A DNA stretch of 64,000 nt from Podarcis melisellensis. Its lineage: Eukaryota. The translations under genes and the position numbers were made by a program. Within the stretch, counting starts at the first letter, position 1. Every line of letters begins with the position of its first letter. Below the pieces are notes generated by a model. It ran no database searches and was not told where the DNA came from. It saw nothing but the letters and a program-made list of their open reading frames with translations. This document shows, piece by piece, positions 55,202-64,000 of the stretch. Where the stretch lies: the NCBI GenBank assembly GCA_964234715.1, contig OZ174291.1. The stretch is one strand, 5' to 3'.

Positions 55202-57342
55202 CTGCAGGAAATGTAAGGCACAACCCAGCATGCACCCGGATCCCTCAGCAAAGGCAATTTCAGAAAACTCACTTCCCATTGCGAGGAGGTGTGTGTGAAC
55301 ATGAACTTATGACATGGTTTATCTCAGTAGATCATGGCATAAATATAAGATTGACAGGACTCTCATATGACATGAGAGACTCTCTGATGAACTCCAGTAA
55401 CCATGAATCAAGCCTGATTCCAGCCGCTTGCTGAAAAGCATTCAGGAATATCCTGAGTTCACACATCTGACTTAAAGGTTAACACATACAAATTTATTTT
55501 CAAGTACAGGATACTCCTCAATGGTCCTCAATGGTTGTGTGATTGGAGGGCAGGTAGCAGGGATGCCCAGGTTCAGAAAATGGCTCTCTGTCTTTCAGCC
55601 TTTGGTTAAACAAACACAATGGCCAGTTTTAACCATTTCTTACTACGTAGTCTGAAAGGCATTATGGAAATTGTAGGAATCCCTCGGTCCACAGCCCCCT
55701 GCCCTTTCCACTGGCATGCCTGGCAAAACGATTCAAAGTTCGTTAGCTTGCATGCCTCCAACAGGACAGAACTTGCCCAGCACTCCCAGGACTCAGCACC
55801 TGTCTGCTTCGCCTTAAGGACAGGTAAACTCCCCCCCCCCCTTCTAGTGTGGGTTTATGACAAAACTGTCCTGCCCGTGCATCTGTAGGCTTCTTAGAAT
55901 AGTTTGGGAATCTTTTACTCTTTATTATTCTTATTTTGGGTAAATCTTATTTATTGATTTTTCACACAAAAAATCCCAAACAAAACAAAAAGGACCATAT
56001 ATTACTTTATCTGTGAACTTCCCACCCTCCCTTCCATGGTTGCAATATTTACCCTTAGATGCTGCATGTTTCACATATACTATTCAATGCATCCATTTTG
56101 ATCTACTGTATTTATCTTAATAATTAATGCTGATGCTCATATTTCAAATCCTGATTGTGTTTTCATCTTGCTATAATAGTTGTTTAAATACTAATAAAAA
56201 GGTATCCAGTCCTGGAATCTTTTACTCTTTAAGGTATGTATGTCTTTTGCTACCTGTTTAGGCTGTAACTCTGCTGCCTAAAGCAGCATTTTTATATATT
56301 TTCTGCTACTCCTGTTTTATATAATAAACCAAGCTTTCTTCATTTCTTTGTGAGAGAGCTTCTTGTGGGCATAAGGTCAAGCGTTAACACACATCCATAA
56401 ATAAGAGCGTGGCATAACTCAAGCAGAAGATCCCAAGCCTCTGGGCAGGGTGTATATGAACTTACATGAGTGCTGGCTGTGCACATACTTTCTAAGGTTG
56501 CAATCCTATACATTCTTTCCTGGGAATAAGCGCCTGGTATCAAATAAGGATGGAGGGCAAATCTGGTAGACACAAACTCACGAATTCAATTGCCCCAGAC
56601 TTATAAGTGGATTGGAGCACAGCTATCAATCAAATCAGTATTTCTCCAAATTTTGCGATGCAAAAAAATTAGTTTAAGGTTCAAAAAAATGCATCCGAAA
56701 ATCAGTATTTTATCGGAAATACATATTTTAGGGGGAAGTGCAATGACAAAGCCCACAAAGTGCATTACTTTACGGAAAGAATGCATACAAAGTGTGCACT
56801 TTAAGGGAACTGTGTACAATTTAAATGCAAGTTTTTCCTGCATGCTTTTTAAAAGCTGCAAAAAAAGGACAGAACTATGCTTGGGTGCATGCAGAACTGA
56901 CACTGAACAGAAATAGACTGATACATCTTTCCAAATTTATGAGTAGACATGCATAGGATTGCAGTGCTGAATCTCTACCACATATACTTGTTTTATTAAA
57001 TTTGTGACTTGTACTAAAAAAACAGAAGCAACTTATGTACAACTTATGTGCTCAGCTGAAGGCTACCATTATTCATCACAGGGTGACCATGGGCTGTGTA
57101 TCCTCAGCAGCACAGTGAGAGGAATTGCAACAACTTTCAGAGGTGCAATTCTTTACTGCCAATGAACTACCACCAAGGGGACCACACCAAAGGGGATCGT
57201 TCCTTTGGGCCACCAGTTCAGAGAGTGGCAAGTTTGTTTGTTTCCTTCCACCCCACCATTCTTCCCAAAGGAGTCCAGGGCAGCAAACAGCAGACACAGA
57301 CATGGAGCCAACGCCCAGCACTTCTGTTGGGGGAACGCTCAC

Positions 57343-57531
57343 CTGTTAAACTCTTCAAAGAGTTCCCGAACCGTCAGGGCTGACACTAAGGTGATGACAT
57401 ATGGGAGGCAGTCCTGCTGTTTGCTCAAGGCAAGCATCTTTGCGTAACGGGGAGCCACAGGAAAGGCTGCCATTGTGGCCCCCAGGGGGCTGATGGGGCA
57501 GGTCAGCTTTGCTTCTTGCAACTTTTTCAGC
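57343..57531 (-). CDS. DHX37: DHX37 coding exon (HA2 domain)
   Basis: 189 nt. Translates [62 protein letters not shown]. Confidence 0.95.
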
Positions 57532-57632
57532 CTGGAAGAAGGGAACAGGAGGTAATTCCTAGAGCAGGCCTCTCTTGACTTACTGCCCTCCAAATGTGGC
57601 TTTTAGAATTTGTATTTTTGGTGTGCTATTTA

Positions 57633-57873
57633 CCGTATTTTTTGCTCAATAAGACTCACATTTTCCCTCCTAAAAAGTAAGGGGAAATGTGTGTGCGTCT
57701 TATGGAGCAAATGCAGGCTGTGCAGCTATCCCAGAAGCCAGAACAGGCAAGAGGGATCGCTGCTTTCGCTGCGCAACGATCCCTCTTGCTCTTCTGGCTT
57801 CTGGGATTCAGAATTTTTTTTCTTGTTTTCCTCCTCTAAAAACTAGGTGCGTCTCATAGAGCGAAAAATACGG
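57633..57873. mobile_element. Non-autonomous Tc1/mariner (Tc2-like) MITE
   Basis: TA|CCGTATTTTTTGCTC ... GAGCGAAAAATACGG|TA, with an internal hairpin at about 57728-57808. Confidence 0.82.
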
Positions 57874-58137
57874 TATTTCGTTTATCATGTTGTTCACTGC
57901 TTTGATGGTCTCAGGCAATGGTATGATTTATGCAGTTGTAAAACAAAAACATAATTTTTCTGCTCTTTCATGGCAGCTCAAAGGAACTGTGCAAGATGGC
58001 CACCCCACTCTATCCAATGGGAGGGATGGCTCTGCACAGGGGGAGAAAAGAGAGGAAGCACAATCCACCAACTGGCATAGTTCAACTTGGTTTTTCAAAA
58101 AAGCAACAAAGACAGCAACAATCAGTAAAAAGTCTAC

Positions 58138-58244
58138 CTTCCAGATTTGGAGGGTTCCTGCAAGGCTCCAAGGGCTATCAACAGCTCCTCAGCAGCAACG
58201 AGCGCTTCCAGCGGCGGGGGTGTAGGAAAGGGAAAATTGACCAC
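58138..58244 (-). CDS. DHX37: DHX37 coding exon
   Basis: 107 nt. Translates [35 protein letters not shown](R). Confidence 0.95.
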
Positions 58245-59271
58245 CTGCAAACACAAAGATGACGACACACCCGGCATGAACAGATGAGATGCCCAAGAAC
58301 TGAGTAAGATGGGCATGGAATAACTTCAGGCTTGTGGGGTCTACTCACATCATCACCACCACTAGAACCCAGAGATCCACTGACCAGACCCAGGTGCAGA
58401 ACACTGGTTAAGAAATGGGGTGCCTCAGTGCGCGCGCATGCATGCCCAGTGCAGAAATTTGGTTTTAGTACCAGAACGTAGCATAAGCTCCTGCGACACA
58501 AAAATCCACTCCTGGTTCTTCCCCCACCCCAACGAACTCCTACCTTAACCTCACTACAGATTTCTTCTTCCCAGCAGCACAATTCAAAAGGGGAGGGGGG
58601 GATTTGCTGCTATTAATAAACAATTGCCCACCCCATCTGTCTGCAAGCCACCTTCCAACTTCAGCAGTGCTGGAATTGACCAAAGAGCGGGGGGGGGGGG
58701 AGAGGCTGCTGAGCAAGTTATTTTAGAGGGTGGGCCAATGTTACCTGGGGGTTTCAGCAGAATCACAGAATTGTGGAATTAGAGAATCATAGAGTTGGAA
58801 GGAACCCCCAGGGTTAACTAGTCCAACCCCCTGAAATGCAGGGCCATCCAAGACCGATGGCCATCCAACCTCTGCTTAAAAACCTCCAAGGAAGGAGAGG
58901 CCACCCCCCCCCGAGGGAGTCCAGATTTAAACCTTTTTCTTGTGCTAATTAGAATAGCAATCTTTCGAACGTTAGCTTTCTTTTTTTCTAACAAAAAGAA
59001 AATTAAATATTATACACACACAAAATCATTAAAAAGGCTTTGTCTCCGAGGCAGTTTCTAGGTTTCAGAATGATGGCCCACATAGAGTCACAATCGAACA
59101 TAAATCTGTGGGGGTCTACTTCCTCCCTGACCACTGGTGACGATAGGCTAATTTAACCCTTTGACTTGATCCTTGCACCTGCAATTTGCATGGTGGGAAA
59201 GCTCCCATAGTGGGTTAACGCTCCCCACACCTGCCATCTATTTTTCAAAAAGGAGCCGGGTGATTGGTGGG

Positions 59272-59470
59272 GAAGGGCTGTAGCTCCGAGGCAGAGTGTC
59301 TGCCTTGCATGCAGGAGATCCCAAGTTCAGCCCCCAATGGCATCTCCAGGCAGGGTGGGAGAGAACCATGCCTGAAACCCAAGAGAAAAGCTGCTAGTCA
59401 GTGTTGACAACCCTGGGATAGATGGAGCAATCAATGGCCTGATTCAGTATAAGGCAGCTTCCTATGTTGG
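59272..59470 (+). mobile_element. tRNA-Ala-derived SINE (representative copy)
   Basis: Decayed tRNA-Ala-like head followed by a body ending aaggcagcttcctatgtt. Relatives near 4080, 9500, 17370, 43640, 60180, 60365 and 61110. Confidence 0.7.
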
Positions 59471-59620
59471 TGTCCCATCTAGTTCGAAGCCCTTCCCCAC
59501 CATGCGGCGCCCTCCGGTTTTGAACTACAACTCCCATCAAACCCAGGCAGCATGGCCAACTTAGACGGGAATGACATAATCCATGTTGCAGAAGGAAGGC
59601 TGCCCTAAATTGACTCCCAC

Positions 59621-59732
59621 CTTTTCAATGTTTAGCGCTTTCATTTGCAGGATTAAATCTTCAACAGGTCGCCTGGTAATCTCAGGAGAAGTGAACTTCT
59701 CAAAGTCACTGAAGACAGCCGAAGAGTAAAGC
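59621..59732 (-). CDS. DHX37: DHX37 coding exon
   Basis: 112 nt. Translates [37 protein letters not shown]. Confidence 0.96.
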
Positions 59733-61269
59733 CTAGAACAAAACAAGAGAGGAAGCCGGGGGCAGGGGGATTAGCAGCTGCCTAGAAGGCTTCAGAAATA
59801 TACTACTACACAGCTTTTGCTCCCAACTGTTGAGACCAGCTAGAGATGTGAGCCTCCTGGATTGTGCAGGGGTGCTGCATTCTAGCTGTCTGAAACCCAG
59901 GAGAGCGCCTGCCAGTCAGTGTAAACAATATTGAGATAGATGAACCAGCGGTTTTAGGATCACACAACATAAAATAAAAATAGGATAAGGCAGGAAAAGG
60001 AAATCAAGCAAACACTGGTATTGGTTCTTAAAGATGCAATTTTTTAAAATAATGTCCTGCTAAAATGTAAACAGTTGGGGGCTCTTTTACACAGGGAGAT
60101 CATAGAATCATAGAGTTGGGAGAGACCACAAGGGCCATCGAGTCCAACCCCCTGCCAAGCAGGAAACACCAAGATAGAAAACGAACTTCTACTGAGGTAG
60201 ACCAATGGGTCCCCCTAGCTCACGACTGTCCACACGGACTGGCAGAGGCTCTCTGGGGTTTCTGGTAAGGAGTCATTTGCAGCCCTGCCTGGAAATGCCA
60301 CCAGGGACTGGACCTGGGATCTTCTGCATTACCCACTGAAATTGCAGCCCTTTTACTTTGGGAAAGGGCCATAGCCCAGTGGCAGAGCATCTGCTTTGAG
60401 GGCAGAAGGTCCCAGGTTCGATCCTTGGGATCTCTAGACAGGGCTGAGAAGGGCTCCTGTAGAGGAAACCTAATGCTGAAGAATTTTGTATTCTGAGGAG
60501 ACAGGTTAATTGGTTCGTACAATTATTCCCCCATGCTTATTGTCAAGGGTTTTTGGTTTGCCTTATGCTCTTGATTTGCTGCTTGGGCTTCTGGTATGTG
60601 GAAAGATCCACTTGTAGCTGAAGCTTGAGTGCCTGTCAGGAATGGTGCAGCTGCAGGATCAACTAACAACCCTGGCCCTGTGTATTTGCCTAGCTTAACA
60701 GGTGGAAGGAATTTAGATATTAGGCCAGCCAGCACTTGGCCACTACAACTCCCATCATCCCTAGCTAACAGAACCAGTGGTCAGGGATGATGGGAGTTGT
60801 AGTCCCAAAACAACTGGAGGGCCGAGTTTGCCTATGCCTGATCTAAGGGGTATAAGCGTCCCTGGTGGGGTCTGATCTTCAAGCTTTGATCTTGTTGGGT
60901 GCTGTGTACTGTGCTGCTGGAGCCTCCCCCTTATCATTCCCTGATAGCTGAATGGGGAAGTATTTTAACTTGCATATGCTATATTATTCTGCTTAAAGAC
61001 TGTTTCGCTGCTTTTTATTCTGCATCCAAGCCTGCTACTTCATAAAAGTGAGGAACTTCCCTCCACTCGTGCTACTGCCGCTGAATCCAAAAGAACTTGC
61101 ATTTAGCAAAACAGCTCCTGGCTGAAACCTTGGAAAGCCACTGCCAGTCAAATCAAATATTTGTCGTTACAGTCAATGATCAGCGTTGCCGCTGCCAGTC
61201 AGTGCAGACAATATTGATCTTGAGGGCCCAGCGGTTTGACTCAGCAGAAGGCAGCTTCTTGTGTTCCTA

Positions 61270-61659
<390 letters not shown>

Positions 61660-61924
61660 CTACCCAGCCAAGCCCTCCTTCCAGGATATTCTGTTTTATT
61701 CCCCTCTCTGCCAGCTTTCTGCCAATTCCTACTACTCAGCATTCTGTGCCCACTGAGCGTGCTTGATTCTCACTGGGCTGGTTCTCAGGTGTTTTTTGGG
61801 CTTCTGCAAACCTGCCCAGACCATTCTCTTGTGTATGGGTTTACGGATGTTTTATAAAGGATCCATACTGGGAGAATGAGCTCATGGGTACATTTTCTGA
61901 GGAGCCAGGGAAACGAACCATTAC

Positions 61925-62001
61925 CTTGGCTTGCTTTTCTGGTGCCAGCAAGGAGTAAAGTGGAAGAACATAAAGTGGGAGGGAGGAATCTGGGTTCTCA
62001 C
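61925..62001 (-). CDS. DHX37: DHX37 coding exon
   Basis: 77 nt. Translates (G)[25 protein letters not shown]. Confidence 0.95.
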
Positions 62002-62882
62002 CTGTACACAAAATTAAAAAACACACACAACAGTAATAAGCAACAGTCTGCTGGCTGTCCAACTGACTTCACCATTTGAATCAACAGCCCCACCAGCACT
62101 CTACATTTAAAGCAGTATCATAACGCTTGGAACAGTCCTTGCTTCCTCAAAGAATCCTGGGAACTGTAGTTTGCAAAGTGTTGAGAGCTGTTAGGAGGCC
62201 CCTATTCCTTTCCCAGAACTACAATTCCCAGAGTGGATTAACTGTCAGTTTCTCTTCACAGGGAACCCTGGGGAAACTTTGCAAAAATTGTGTGATTTAT
62301 TTGGAGTGAGAGAGAAAATGCAACAAACAGAACAGAGCAGGATAAATTAGGGCACATCAGCAGAGCATGAGACTCTTAACTGAGCCCCATGTGGGGTGAA
62401 AGATTCCTGCACTGCAGGTGGTTGGAACTAGATGACCCTCCCAGTCCCTTCCAACTCTCATTCTATGATTCTATGCGCCATGACAGCTCAGTGATAAAGT
62501 CTGGTCCCAACATGTATAAACACAAGCCAGCCTCAGGGGTTGGTATATTTGGGCATCTTGCCAGCGAGGGACGTCTCTGGCAAGGGACCCCCCTAAGCCT
62601 GCACCTGTTCTTCATCACTGCAACCCACTCGCTTCCTCACCAGCCTCTTCCTCTGGCCTGAGCAACTGCGTTGGGGAGGAGGAGGAGCAGAAAATGCCAG
62701 TACCCGCTTGCTCACTGACTTTCTGCCTGGCAAGCTAGTGGCAGGGTGGGGAAATGCATGAGGAGGAGTGGGGCAGCAGCAGATGATGACAGGAGCGAGG
62801 AAGGCTCACTGAGGAAGTCTTGCCCACAGGCCCTGCAGAAACTGAACCAACACTGCCTTAGCATATTTCCCAAGAGGCAAAC

Positions 62883-63027
62883 CTTCTTCCAACCCATCAT
62901 CTCCATATTCCAGGTCGAGATCTGAGCAAGCAGCGTCAGCATCTTCTTCAGCTCCTGCATCTCTGTCTTCATCTCCTTCATCTACTGGCATAACAGAATA
63001 GTTATCCAGATCTATTTTGGGCAGCAC
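62883..63027 (-). CDS. DHX37: DHX37 coding exon (acidic insertion in RecA2); the 5' part of the gene lies beyond the window end
   Basis: 145 nt. Translates VLPKIDLDNYSVMPVDEGDEDRDAGAEEDADAACSDLDLEYGDDGLEE. The 15 exons join in frame to 1881 nt (626 aa plus stop). Confidence 0.93.
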
Positions 63028-64000
63028 CTGAAAGGATCAGGAGAAATGCACAAAGGGATCACGGCTTTCGAAGGCTGAAATTCAGAGGACATACAGGCAC
63101 AGAGAGGCAGTGGTTTCTGAAACACCATTGCAAAACAGCCACGGTCCCCTGGTCCCCTGTGGTTGACATGAGGCCCATGGAGGTGTCATGGAGGGGATGG
63201 TCAGATCCTGAGGAGGAATGTGAGGAGCTTGGAGAGTTAGAGCTGGAAGACCCTCGGAGGGTCCAAGTGGGATGGGACTTGGATTTGTGTCAGAGACTGG
63301 CTGGATGAAGAGGAGTGGTGGGAGGCAGCAGCCGGAGAACCCGAGGGAAGCCTGAGGAGGAAGGTTCAGAGCCAGGGTGGTGGTGGGACACTGAGGACAG
63401 ATCAGAGGGGGAAGGAGGGGAGGAATGGTTGGATGCTGAAAAGGCAACAGCAAGAGGTGTGGAAAGCAGTGAAGACTCTGCTGATGAAGCAGAGGAGGGA
63501 CAGATGCTGCACCAGCATCCCAGGAGCTGGGGGGAAGACTTAGAGGTAAGTAGAAGGTGAAGAGCTTCAGTCCTGGCATCTGTTTCACTAGGGGCCAGTC
63601 CTGTGTGTTGGCATTGTTGCCTTGTATGTTGCTTTCTTCAATGAAGAGCTAACTTTTCTGCTTGCGCCTTCTTCTTGAGTGCTGACCTGCATCTGACCCA
63701 GCCCTGAGAACCTGGGACCCCAATAAGTGTCTGGGACTGGGGAGGAGGCAAATGTATTGGAAATAAGGAGCATGTTCATGCGTCTGGATCAAAAGGCTGT
63801 TAATCTGGGGGACCCTATTGTGAAGCAGGGAAGAGGTGAGGAATCTGCCCCTATTTTGGCTTGCAATACAGTTTTCCCAGTGTGTGTGGCAGCGAAAGAG
63901 ATGGCTGCAAAGGAGCCTTGAACTGCTCCTCGGTGCCTTTTAAATTTGGTGTCAAATGCAAGCCCCGCCAGGGTTGGTTCCACTTGGGAGCCTTCAGTGA

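Noticed and set aside
59272-60440. Additional tRNA-Ala-like genes (also near 4140, 17370 and 43680)
   Set aside because: Broken stems, attached SINE bodies and no terminators; these are SINE heads.
63082-63720. 168-aa ORF or an additional DHX37 exon
   Set aside because: Purine-rich, LTR-like remnant similar in style to 17745-18365; no DHX37 similarity recognised.

Overview
Vertebrate genomic DNA from a squamate reptile, probably a lacertid lizard judging by the repeat families (inference). It covers the conserved SCARB1-UBC-tRNA cluster-DHX37 neighbourhood. All three protein genes are on the minus strand: SCARB1 coding exons 1-3 with a CpG-island promoter near 19.3 kb; a complete polyubiquitin gene (UBC, 11 ubiquitin units plus a terminal Ile); and the last 15 coding exons of the DEAH-box helicase DHX37. 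Five intact tRNA genes (Ala-TGC, Asp-GTC, Phe-GAA, Asp-GTC, Ala-TGC) lie between UBC and DHX37. The rest is a mosaic of Sauria and tRNA-derived SINEs, CR1/L2/L1 fragments, hAT and Tc1/mariner MITEs and solo LTRs. Most notable observations: (1) two young Penelope-like insertions with target-site duplications, each carrying back-to-back minimal hammerhead ribozyme motifs, one per strand; (2) an intronless, 3'-truncated TBPL1 fragment in SCARB1 intron 1; (3) a mariner MITE carrying arrays of hairpins with coordinated changes in both arms; (4) three independent solo LTRs between the UBC promoter and the tRNA cluster. Most ORFs in the supplied track are spurious. Comparisons with human genes and repeat-family names are from memory, not from searches.
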